From contig CM082598.2 of NCBI GenBank assembly GCA_040954595.2, forward strand, positions 806,001-870,000: a DNA stretch of 64,000 nt, read 5' to 3'. This document shows, piece by piece, positions 25,374 to 38,100 of this stretch. Both the position numbers and the translations under genes were made by a program. The DNA is from Balanoglossus misakiensis (taxonomy: Eukaryota; Animalia; Hemichordata). Position 1 is the stretch's first letter. Every line of letters begins with the position of its first letter. The notes under the pieces are model-generated. The model was given only the letters and a program-made list of their open reading frames with translations, was not told the DNA's origin and did no database searches.

Positions 25374-26726
25374 TTAAAATGAAAGACCAGTGTGAACTCG
25401 CTTTTCATCACTCTCCAAAGAGACACCCAATATAGAACAGATCTGTGAATCAAAATCTCAAGTTATAAAGTGAAAAATCTCAACAGAAGTATCGAAGAAC
25501 TGTCAAATTTAAGGATTTTTTCAGGGGGGAAGTCATGTAATACCTGTTTGAACTTTGCCCTTATCTTCATCAAATCTTCAAGGAAATTATCAGCATGAGT
25601 GTTTGTCACAGGAAAGTTCTCAATTGATGATGAAAGTGTCTGGATCAGTTTGAGTTTCCTGGAAGGACAGATGTTTTACGTCAATGAAAATAATGAATAA
25701 TGTGACATTCTCACAGTGGAACAATGCTTTATTATTGAAGAGGAAATTCAAGCGAAATGCACAGGTCATTTTTATACAAGCAAAAATAGACCCTTTGTTA
25801 AGTAGTCTGCAAGCTTATAACCTATTTTATAGACTAACATACCTTGACGTTTTGTCAACATGGTGACTTTCACACATTAATTTCCATGTTGAAATAAAAC
25901 CCTGATAAAACCCAATTTCTGATCCAACTTCCATTGCTTTTTGATGCCCTATTCGTTTCCCTTCTCTCATTCCCTTCAGTTTACCCTGAGAATATCCTTC
26001 ACTGTATCCCTTTTCTTCAAATCTGAAACATAAACGAAACCAAAGACATATCAATTTTTTTTGTACGATCAACTTTATTTTCTATATTAATATGATCTTA
26101 TCTGGGCATCATGTAAACAAATGATAACTTTCTTCACAAGCATATTGCTTTCTGTCGTTTTGAAAGTTCACCTCTTGCACGTTTGATGAACTGATGCAAT
26201 TTACATCATGTCAGGTGTATATGGACAATTTAAGATCTCCCTTGAAGTCGAACAGTCCAATGCATAGTCCTGACAGAGTGCATGCATCTACTTATCTAAA
26301 ACCACAAGCTGATTGCAACCAGCGGTCAGCAAATTTTACAAAATGCCACCAGTACGCGAACGCCCCGCCCCCTTCTGATCACTGTCTCATTTGTTTTGTG
26401 TGGTACATGTACAACCACAAGTCACCTGTTGTACGGCCACGCCCCCTCGCGCGTCTTCAATTCGACAGGGGGGAAATCAAGGAATCAAAACGACATTTTG
26501 AGTCACCGCTGTCTATGCTAGGCACGATTTTACTGCAATACACTCTGGTGTTTGGGATATTGTGTCAGGAATCGTATATAGGGTCATGTAGGGAGGTGTG
26601 TACATGTACATTTCAATGGCGACATCAATCGACCGGGTCCGTGATTGAATGATGATGCAGAGATCGGGCTTGAAAAATAGCCGAAACATACCCTTCTTCT
26701 GCTAAAAATATATTTTCAAACGACAT
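25374..26726 (-). CDS. LTO1: LTO1 / ORAOV1 (Yae1-Lto1 adaptor for ABCE1 Fe-S maturation)
   Basis: Exons 26726-26692, 26022-25843, 25658-25544, 25442-25374 join in frame. GX3 repeat (KGYSEGYSQGKLKGMREGKRIG...GSEIGFYQGF), then LEDLMKIRAKFKQICSILG and a C-terminal GLSF* as in human ORAOV1. Confidence 0.92.
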
Positions 26727-27157
26727 ATCCAAATCTCCACGTCTTCCTGTTATTTATTTCGATGAGAGCGTCAACGTGGACACTCTAACCCTAATCTTTC
26801 CGACGTGTGCGTTACAGATGAGACAAGTGTCTGAAGGTCAACCAAATTAAGTAGCAGTTTATAGATTCGTATGACGTTCTGGCAAAATGATATATTTATC
26901 TCAATAATTTCATGCATTTTTCACAGAAAAGTATCTTAAACTCAGAGTCACATTTTGATTTAAAAAGAAACTTTAAAAATTTTGACAAAACTCGTATAAA
27001 TGTGGTATAAATCTACACGTATTTTCGAATTGGGGACTGTTTGTGAATAAACTCCTATTCTGCAGCATTGTGGGTAATACACGTGCAGACTTCGCCATTT
27101 TCCGTCGACTCACTCGATTGGTGGATGCGGTATTGTTGTTGTAGTCGATGTTTTTAG
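26727..27157. promoter_or_regulatory. Probable bidirectional promoter shared by LTO1 and CELF, including a putative CELF first exon ending at 27157
   Basis: CpG-rich; YY1-like CGCCATTTT at ~27093; strong donor AG|GTAAGA at 27157/27158 on +; LTO1 ATG at 26726 on -. Confidence 0.55.
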
Positions 27158-30100
27158 GTAAGATGAACTTTTCTATTTCCGACATATTTTACGTGATTCC
27201 TCTTAGTGTTCACCTCCTGCCGGCAGAACTCCATCCTTTTTATCATCCAAAGTGTTAATGCGTGACACTTTTGAGGTGTTTATTACAAAACAACATGATT
27301 TCCGCGTCGAGGGACAGAGGGTTTGATTACTGATTTACAGACCTCCAGATAAGATGCTGTGCATGCATGTTTCAAAAGGGGATGGAGATAATAAAAGCGT
27401 TATTTTTCGCGGCAACCCAACAACCGACACACCAGTTCTGGTGTGATAAGCGAGATATATCTTGACCAAATTTGCTAGATCTGCAAATAAGTCAAGGTAT
27501 GTCAACTATTCGCAGACTCTGAGGTCAATCTGCAGTGCGTCGTTGATGCTGCATCCGAAACTCTACATCTTTTGTGAGCAGAATCGAACATCTATGGCAG
27601 AATAAACATGCAGTGAAAAGGATCCGTGTTTATTTCAATGTTTTGAATAGTCTTGTAGTGCAGGATTCAGCAGGAATCTACAATACATTTATTCATCAAT
27701 ATGTTATTACATAAACATTTGAGATATTTCTTGAAATGCGGTACTGACCACAGGAGAGTACACCACAATAAAAAGTGGGAAGGCACCAAAGTGATGCAAC
27801 CAGCAACAACATGATAGAGATTGTAAATGAAAATCTGTGAGAATAAAATGATGTGGAGATGTTTGACTTAACTTGTGAAGTTCTTGTACCGATACTGGTT
27901 TATTAATTCTCAATATTGTAATGAATTTATGGGTACACCTGTCTATGGCTTCATGTTCATTTCAGGAACATTTGATTTGTGAGTTGATAGAATCGTGAAT
28001 CTTTGTAGGCTTCCTTGAAAGGTCAGTAGAAATTGGTGTACCGTGGATGACAAAATAAACCCTGTCTGGTCAATTGATAGGATGAAGATATGGGTCTACA
28101 GAGTCAGTGGGTCTGGCTTGATACAATTAAATTACGCAATCTGATACATTGGAAAGATATCTGGGTGGTGTTTCCATAACAACTACTGAATCAAATTCCA
28201 CTGAGTTCATTTCATCCCATCCCATTCCTCGTCATTTAATTTCCTTGAAATAAAAAGCAATGATTCACCTGTGTCTTATTTCGCCTTGCTGCCATGGAAA
28301 CCACAAAAACAGTGTCAGGATTTTTCAGGAGTAGAAGGGTCTGCTGTTTGTTTAGGATGGTCATCCCTAATTCTAGTGATTTAGTACAATATGCAAAGTT
28401 ATTACAATAATATTATATCAGTATGATAATGAGCAATCCCGTAAATCAAAGGTGTGAAGATCTCAGGAAATGTTGCATCCTTTAGAATCAGTGATGTGAT
28501 GAGACACCTTCAGGGTGTCAGTAAATCTGATTCCGTATGTTGCTCTAATTGACATCCTTAAAATTTATATCCATGTGCAGTTTCTTCTAAATAGATATTA
28601 TGGGCACCTTTGACTCCCTACAAGCTTTCCTGACTGAATAAATGTTTCTGTAAAATCATACTGGTATCTATTACTCCTACTGGTACGTTTCAACAGGTAT
28701 TTGTTCAACTTGGTTTTTGGTATTGGTGGCTTGGCTAGTTTGTCATTACAGGATTAACAAATAAGCCAAATTCTACCTACCCTGTATTTTGAATTATTTC
28801 CTAATTGTGTGAGATTTAGCTAGATCAAGAGGTATACACTTGTTACCAGCAGTAGTGAAATATATCATGTATAGATTAAATCAGAATGAAACAAATAGTG
28901 CAAAACAGTGATTTGATCTGGTGTACGAAATGTACATGTATTTACATGTCCGTATCAAATTCCATGGTGTTGATTTTGTCTTTGGACTTCCTAAACTCAG
29001 CAAAAAAGGAGAAGAGAACTCTTAGAATGACATTATTAACAACTGAAAATAGAAGACTAAACTCTGTCTCATAATTGTTTGAATTGATTTTAGACTGTTT
29101 TCCAAAGACTGTTAAACAAAATTAATAGCCACTCGCAACTATAATTTGTCGTAAATATGATTGAAATATTAACCAATTAATTCTATATAATTGAAAATAA
29201 AAAAATCAGCAATTGGGTAAATTGATTTTTTGGCATTGGTTTTAGTGTGCCCTTTGTACCTTGTGAGTTACTGAGGATTGAAACAATCTGATATATTATG
29301 TAAGGTAATTGAATAAATAACTTCAAAGGTCATTCAAGTAAGATACTACATGGATTGTTATCATTATCCGGGGTTAGAGACGAGACAGGTTGTTGTCTGT
29401 ATTCCTCAGAAATACTGCATGCTTTGTTTAGTGCTGGGAGAAAGCTATGGATATCATAACGGATCATCACGGATGTGACGTTACATCTCAGTGCCATATT
29501 GCACGATCATTTTCTGTGCCGTAACACCATTTTCAATTACTGAAATCTTGTATAGCCATCAAGGATACTGATAGAAATATTCCTGATTACCTGTCTGGAT
29601 TGTTAATGAGATGAGTGACTGAAATGATTAGTGTTATTTTCTATTGCTACACTGTATATAGTCTCCAGTGATTTATGGGTTATTAATATCTAATATGTCA
29701 AACGTTGTCATTTTGATAGTCCTGTATATGCTAATTTGTGGAAATATTGGATCTTGTGTCAAACATTTTCATGAAGCTGTGTACTTTCTGTCATCAAATA
29801 TGGTTTCAAAATATATCATTGTTAGCGTTCACTGCAGTGCTATGAATGTCAGCTCTGATTTAAAAAAAATTTTGATCAAACTGTGGGAGTCTTTTATTTT
29901 CAATGGATAATAAAAGACTTCAACTGACGTCATACCATGCTGATGGTGGTCACGGCTTTATGTGTGTATCAGGACTTCAAAATATGTTATTTGGATCAGC
30001 TGCCTGTTAATGATGATATCAAAAGCAATAATGATGGTTGCAACTTGTTCTCATGCCGTTCAACTATGACCTCCACTTAGAAACCCGACAAGGCCCTGTC

Positions 30101-33100
30101 AGTTTCTAGTCTGCAAGCTCATTATGTAGATGATATTCAGGAACCTAATTATCTAATTAAGACTTCATTTAGAGGGACTGTAATTTATGCAGTGTCTCTT
30201 GTCATCATTAGTGATGATGTGGTGATCTCAAGTAGTTTGAGTTGAATGTGTCTGTATTTGGCCCAGGAGTGTCTAGGGCAAACATAAAAATAACACTAAT
30301 CATCAACTTTTCTCGTGTTGTTTCATTCATCTGAGAAACATGCAGCTTTTTGTATTAAAATGAGTAAAAGCGTTTATTGAGAATATACCGATGGGATGGC
30401 ATGGTTGACTTGTTGAGTTTGTTGTCCAACTGGCATTGTTGTGAAAACATTTAGGTTGTGAGGTCATGCAAAGGTCATGTAACTGGTTAACTTTATATGC
30501 CATGACATCAGTATTACATGTATTGTTGTATGTTTTCTTTTCAGAGTTGCCGTAGAAGACCAATTGATATCACAAGCACGATAAAAACTGCAGAGTGAGG
30601 TGTTTTGTCTTGTAAGTTGTGATCTCTTCTTTTTCTGTGGCTTTTCCTCTGTGTGTTATATTACATTTGTGTATAACATCGCCATGACAAAATGAGTGAG
30701 AACACTAGTATCTGTATAGCAGTAGCCATCTGAGTATTACGTTTATTTCAACTTGGTTGAATAACCGAAAAGTATACTGTTTATAATACACATACTGAAA
30801 TTGACAATCTGATGTATAACCATTGTTGCAACATGTTTGGTGTTTTAATTCTTTAATCACTATTCAAATGTAAATGCTTTGAAAATATCAAAAGCTGTTA
30901 CAAAGCAAATAAATGTAATTAAATAGTTTAAGTCAATATACGAACTCCTGAAAGTCACTTCTTACAAAGAAATGGTGACAAGTAAACATGTTGAAAACAA
31001 TGACCTCGAAAAGAAGATATCTTTGAAATGGAGAGTAAGTGATACGTCGTTGACATGCCATGTGATGTAAAACAAGAACTCTGTAAAAATGCCTTCTAGA
31101 AGAGCCAAGAATTTCTGGACATGTGCACGTGTTTGGCAGTAATTGTACCCACACTTTGATGTGATGAAGATGGCAGAGGTCACGACCCCGATGATAATAA
31201 CCCCTCACTTCCCAGTTCAATGAAAATATTCGGGCATAGGCAGGGAAGATAGTATTCCTCATATTGTTTGAAACTTTAGAAGCATTAGAAGAATGGGTCC
31301 TTCAGACATACTTTTCAAATTGTCAAACTGTGAGTCATATCTTCATTGTGGTGCAATGTTCTTTTTTAGATCATGTTTCATTTCTGTAAGTTTGCTAATA
31401 TGAAACACTCGTGTACACGCACTTTGTATAGCAGGGGTTTTTAAAGGGTCACATGACATTAGCGGAGGCAAGATGGCATCAAGCCACTAAACTCTCAATT
31501 TCTGTGGTTTTGACAGACAAACTGCAAGTTTTGATGACACAAGAATAAAATTCACAGAAAGAGCTTTCCATCAATATATAGGTTATTGGTGTTGAAGTTT
31601 CTTTGCCCATGAAATTAATGATGAAAAAATTGTTATCAAGAAAGCCATCTGAAAGATATTTTGGAAGTGGTTTAGTTTTCTGTCTGTACTACTAAACCAC
31701 TTTCTGTTCTGGTCACATGATATAGTGGACTTTAGTTCTAAAGTTTAATACGCATTAAATTTTTAAGATGTCAGCTGAGATGCATCTGCAACGGGTTCTC
31801 AAATTTCACATGCTAACTAATTATTAGATGTCTGTAATTTTTAGTAAGTTATGTGAGAAATGTATTGTGGTGTGATGATGTCTCGAATGTCAGACCAGTT
31901 CGATCAACCACCCTGCTGGACCTCTTGGAACCCTTAAGATAGTCGTGCATAGTGGAGAGAATATTTTACGAAACTGCATTGCGCATTATTGAAGAAAAAC
32001 ATGTATATTTTCAGTAAACGAGCACCATGCTTGTACACTAGAAATAACTTCATAAAAATTCAATTATTTTTTATCAAATTGGTCATAAAAGTATTGTTTA
32101 CCACTTTGAATAATTTTGAATCCAAAGATTGCAGTGATATACTTTGAGGAATAGCAAAGTGACGTAGCGTAATAACAAAGAGATCTCATTGGAGGAGAGG
32201 TGGTCACATGGTTCATCCACAGCCATGTGAACCTGTCACATGCAATCATTTGGTATTCATACAAAACAATTCACTGAACATCTCCAAGCAATATATCAGC
32301 ACTAATACTTGGTCACTGGCATGATAGAAATGCAGCTTTTCGTAAACACAGTATTATTTCTTGCGAGGATTATTCAGTATCAGTTGAGATTTTCTCAGTG
32401 GTCTTTAAATGATTTATTCATGATGAAGAACTACTGGGTATTGTCCGGTCTGTATTGTCAGACTCTTCCAGACAATACAACAAGAAGCTTATTCTTCAGC
32501 CTTATTAAGTTCATTGTGTTTAATCCCCGAGAATTGACAAGTGAACTTTATACTGTGGAAGACCTCTGTGATTATTTATAACATCTCGTTACACAAAGCA
32601 CCTGCTCCTTTCCCATCGTCACTTCAAACACTCGCCTGTCTACATCGTCAGTTTCGTTTTGGATCCTTTTCATCAAACCTTGTTCAGATTTCACTGTCGT
32701 TTTGACGTTTGTGTGTACAAAAGAGAATTAACTTCTGGTTTACTTACAAACCAACCCATGCTTGACTGCAACGTGTGATAAAATTGAGCAAGCTAGGTGG
32801 TTGTGTCAGGTATTTTGTCCGCCAGATCAGGTATTATTATGTTACTTACCCGTTATGTAACCCGACTCTTTGTCAGACATCAGCATAGTCGCTATGAACA
32901 TGCTGTCTCATTGATTTTGTCAGTAGCTTTAGACCCAAGATCACTGGGCTCTTTTTTCAAAACCATTTTCTTCTTATTTTCTCAGCTTGAACACTGCCAA
33001 CCGGACATCTGTATTCGATGGATGAAACTGACAGTTTATCGGCTGTTACAGTAAGTGATGACAAGTTTTCAAACCTCTTTTTTTTCCATCGTTCTGCGGT

Positions 33101-34916
33101 GTGATATCATGAATTCATAAATGTATGTAGGTCAACATCTGTAGCCATTGTGGGGAGTCACTCGCTGTGCACTTGCTGGCTTGTCACATTGGGCATTTTT
33201 ACCGGCATCTGTGTTTGTTTATCACATAATGCCACAAATAATCAAAGCACGCATTGAAGCCACCTTGATAACTGATTTCTTAATATGTAAAAGTGTTTGC
33301 AAAAATGGAGATAGTTGCTGAAGACCGTAGGCAGTAGGATATAAAAGTTATGTATAGAGACACACAAATACATCTGTAGGTATGGAAGATTATTGTCAAC
33401 ATGGGTCACACACAACATAGCGTTGTTCTTGCTCCGTGCAGAAGGTGAATTTTGAGATTTCGAGTGTTGTGACTTTTGGCTGCTTTTCAGTATCTTTGTT
33501 GATTGTATCAATTGCGGTTTGTTTGGCTCTGATGACAAAATGTTCCCTGTTCAGAGTCATCAGCAAAACACACGATTGTACAGTCACTATTGTTGTGGGA
33601 AATTGAATGAAGTCCGAGCGTAACTTCATTTATCAACTATAACAATGGTTGTAACTTGTTACATATGCACTTGGCTTTAGACAGAATTCATGGCATTTAG
33701 TGTGATGTATGGAGCTGAGCAAGAAACTAGTTAATGCATAGAACAAAATCCATGGCCAAAACTATTGATCCTTTATCCTATATGGTAGGAATATAATCCC
33801 AGGGTTGGCTACATGGTGACGGGTATTAACAGCCACTGGTTGTTAGCTTAAAGCCTCACATTGTAACAGCATCATCTGTAGACATGGTAATTGGACTTTG
33901 TAATGAGTGTTAAGAATGTACATGTATGCAAATCCAGGATGTGTCTCTGAGTTTGGTAGGCATTTGTGGCATCTAGGTGGCAGGACCCAAGCTGTAATGT
34001 TAAGAAGTCTTGATTCAGTACAGTAACAAAATTTTTGCTGAGTTTTTCAGTAATTCTGTTCTGCTATCACTAGTCTTGTTCAAGACCCCAAAAATATAAT
34101 TAAATGTCTTATTTGTGAAATGTCCAAGTTCACTAGTTGACACAACCTGTGGTTTTACAGCTAACTATATTACTGTAAGTGTTGGCAATTAAATTTATGT
34201 CCAGATACAAATTTTATTTTCAACAAGAACAGTCGTGTACATGTATGAGTGAAACATTTTGCATTCCATGTTGACTGATCAAACAGTGGGTGATTTAGCA
34301 TACTTTCTGAAATCTAGAGTAGAAAGTGAAACTGTGGCCATAATATACAATACCAAAACAAAAAGTTGGTGACACTGCCCCTTTTGATAACAGTCACCAC
34401 ATATTTATTGAAATAGTTATACATTATCATTCCAATGTAAAGAGATTTAATTCTGTGTTTCTTCCCAAAAGAAATCCCGGACAAAAATAATCAGCCCCAG
34501 TGTTCCCAATCCCAACCTAGTTTTTGTCCTCCTTTCCTCGCTGGATCAGTGGATGTCTGGGTTCCTCACATTATTTCCAAACTTAGCCGCTGATCAACAA
34601 CTATTTGATATGCTCGTGGCATTTGCTGTAGCAGCAAATTGTTGCAATACAATCTTCACAGACTCTGTATGTGGTCTTGTAATAATTCCAATACTTGTTC
34701 CGACATTACCACCAGCAGGACACAGTGCATATATGGCGTATTGTGATGCCAATACATTTAAACAACATGTAATAAAGAGAGGGTCAGTCTGAAATAAAAT
34801 GAACTCTTGTAAGTCCTGCCTCACTGTGTCACAGTTTTGGCCAAGCTTGTAAGTCGATAGTGATGGCAATGGCTGCCATTGTAGACAAACCTAGCAGTGA
34901 GGCCTCTCAAATTGTG

Positions 34917-35036
34917 ATTCATTCCTTTATTTTATTGTTCGTTGGTTCATTCATTCATTCATTCATTCGTTCCATCATTCATTCTTTCATTCGTTTATAC
35001 GTTCGTTCATTCAGTCAGTCAGTCAGTCAGTCACTC
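34917..35036. repeat. (TCAT)n/(TCAG)n compound microsatellite upstream of the first CELF coding exon
   Basis: Directly visible. Confidence 0.85.
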
Positions 35037-35159
35037 ACGGATAACTTCAAATGTTTTGGATAATAAGGTTGATTAAGAAGAGGAAGTTTCATATGCACAA
35101 AATTTTTCACTTAGTTTTCCACGGATTAAAGTTGGATGTATTTTGAATTTCAGATCAGC

Positions 35160-38100
35160 ATGACTGCGCCACCGGATAACACACTCGGTCAACAACCAGA
35201 CCCAGATGCCATCAAAATGTTTGTCGGTCAAATTCCAAGATCAATGGACGAAAATGACCTCAGAAAATTCTTCCATGAGTATGGTGAAGTTTATCAGTTA
35301 AATGTTTTACGCGACAGAAGTACTGGACAGAGTAAAGGTGAGGAATGGGCATGCTTCTTTGGGAAATCATGTATACAAAAAATCTCTAGGGATATTATGC
35401 TGTCTTCTCATTAAGATTTCTAATGTTACGCATTCTCTGTTTTGGATCCAGGTTGTTGTTTCGTCACATTCTTCAAAAGAAAATCAGCATTAGCAGCTCA
35501 AAACGCACTTCACAATATTAAAACAATGCCTGGGGTAAGTTTTAGATATTAAATATTGAATATCAAACCCAATATAACTATATATGTGATGAATGGTTCA
35601 TGGCAAAGGAAGGGGGAATTGACCTCTTCACTCAATAAAAATTTATAGTACATACCAGGGAATGGGACTCTAAATAGCATAGCACAGTTAAGAAGTATGT
35701 CGACAGCCATTATTATATTTCAGAAAACAGAACATAACAATTTACCAGATGATCAAAAATGGAAATAATGCATAGTGACTTCAGTGATGTAATACGAAAG
35801 GATTGTGGAAACATATCAATGTGATGTGATAAAATTTTATCATTGCAAGCCGAGGTATTGGTATGAAACTTGTTTGTGAGATTGATGAAATTATAAAGTG
35901 CAATGTGGTCGTGTTGTTGTGTCCTTGAAAGACGAGAACATTTGTTGTCCTTGTGTCAGAAAATAGTCACTACTGTCATACACATGGGACTGTGTTGCCA
36001 TGATAAATTATTGGAGTACCATTCCAGTCTAACTGTGTTGACTCTGGTGAATGCCCTGGGGCACAGGTCCATGTCTCAGCTGTAATTTAAATAAGACTCA
36101 CAGCAACACATACCAATCGGACTGTGCTGTTCCTGGTCACTGACCTGAGGCACATAGATCTGCCTCCAGGACAGATTTTCAGAAAAACTGTTATCCTCAA
36201 AACCCTCCAATTCTTTGCTGTATATATTTTGACAGAAAGATCTACACATTTCACCACCATGGTTTGGTCCAAACCCATTGTTTCCTATAGTAAAGTTGGA
36301 CTGCTGGACAGGGAACTGGGGGTGAAAGGGTTAAAAGTACTGACATGTCGTTGTATTTGTGTCTTTGATTCCAGATGCATCATCCCATCCAGATGAAGCC
36401 TGCCGACAGTGAAAATAGAAATGGTAAGTTCCGTTAGTTGGTTGACTCAGCTTTCCTAATTTGGAATTAACTAGGAATGGCCGTGTTTGCCAGAGAGAAT
36501 CTAAAGATCCTGATTTCAATTTCTGTATCTTTACACAGTTGAAGAAAGAAAACTTTTCGTTGGAATGGTGTCCAAGAAATGTAACGAGAATGATGTCAGA
36601 ATTATGTTTGCTGCGTATGGAACAATTGAAGAGTGTACAGTATTACGAGACGCCCAAGGAAATAGTCGAGGTATGTGAAAGAGTTACACCACTGTCAGTT
36701 GTCATGCATTTCGTACAGTGACCTGAGTTGCCATGGTTAGAGTCCTTAGACATACAAATATCAAACATTCATAAATGAAGACCAAAATGCTAGACTGTGT
36801 GTGGAATGAGCAAAGTGAAAAAAACACTGGATTCTGGACTAAGGACTTGAGCATGTTATCTGTACTTGTTGACAGATATGAGGCAATCTGTGTGTACCCG
36901 TGTGTATTAATGTGCGTTATTTTGTATCATTCCTCCCCAGGTTGTGCATTTGTGACATTTTCAACCAGACAGAGTGCTTTGAATGCCATAAAAGACCTTG
37001 ATAAATCATCTACCATGGAGGTTGGTACTTTTTGCTGCAATATTCTTGATGAGAAGTTTCTAAAATGGATTTCCTTGTGACAGAACTACGGGTACTACAC
37101 CCCATGACATTACGTCCAATCCAAATGTTCTGCTATTTTCTACACACTGTTTTATTGTTTGTTTGTTTGGCATGGCTAACTTTCTTATCTGCAGGGCTGT
37201 TCAACTCCTCTGCAAGTACGTTTCGCTGAAACCTCGAAAGAGCGAGATGAGAAACGAATGCGCAAACAACTTGATCAAATGAAGGCCACAGCAAGTGCCT
37301 CTGCTACATTGAATGCTGTACAGGCCGTGGTTTGTACAAATATTCGTCCTGTTTTGAACTATTCTCTGATCTGTCTCGCCTCTGCTTCTAAACTTTGCCA
37401 ACGTGATGCTGAACTTCAACCGCCCATACATGCAAATGAACACCAGTCATGAAACCCTCTGCAGTGAGGAAAATGCTCTTCTCATTTGGGTCCAAATCAT
37501 GCTGAAAACATCTGGAAAGTTTTACAATTTAAATTAAACCACTCTTGGAAACACCGGGAAGTATGAGTGTATTTTCCTGGAAAACTGTGTTCTCTGCACG
37601 GAGCTGTTGATGTTCAGCTGTTGGCAAAGTGTTAGTAAACGCTGTAGAAAGTAGCTGTAATATCTCTGACCGTAGACCATTCCCTATTACCATACCACTA
37701 GGGCTGTTCATCACCACTTACTGTAAAGTTCGCAGACACTCCGAAAGAGAAAGAGGCCAAACGCTTACATCAACAACTAGGTTCCAACGTTTGGGGCGGT
37801 GGTGCTCTACCTAATTCTGTGGCAGGGGTAGGCACATTAGCTCCACAGTACTTAGCGGTAAGATATTGATACCCCTTTGCTTTTGGTGTGTGTTACATGC
37901 ACTCTGTAACTGTATTGTCTTGAGGGAACTGTGTTACTTTGATCCTTTCACCCCTCTTTCCCTGTATGGAGGTCCAACTTTACTGTAGAAAACAATGGAT
38001 TTGGATCAAACCATGGTGGTGAAAGGGTTAACAGATCCTAGAGGGAAAGTTGTGGCCTTGGGGGAGATTGAATGCAAAGCCATCAGGGCAATACAGTTAC

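Noticed and set aside
26194-26652. 152-aa plus-strand ORF
   Set aside because: Lies antisense within LTO1 intron 1, with no domain or splice support.
31441-31938. Possible TTAA-flanked DNA transposon remnant (TTAAAGGGT...ACCCTTAA)
   Set aside because: The terminal match is too short and there is no second copy in the window.
27158-35153. Many 60-110-aa ORFs in the long 5' region of CELF
   Set aside because: Random-looking composition with no domains, consistent with intron. Extra non-coding exons (e.g. ~32986-33051) are possible but unsupported.
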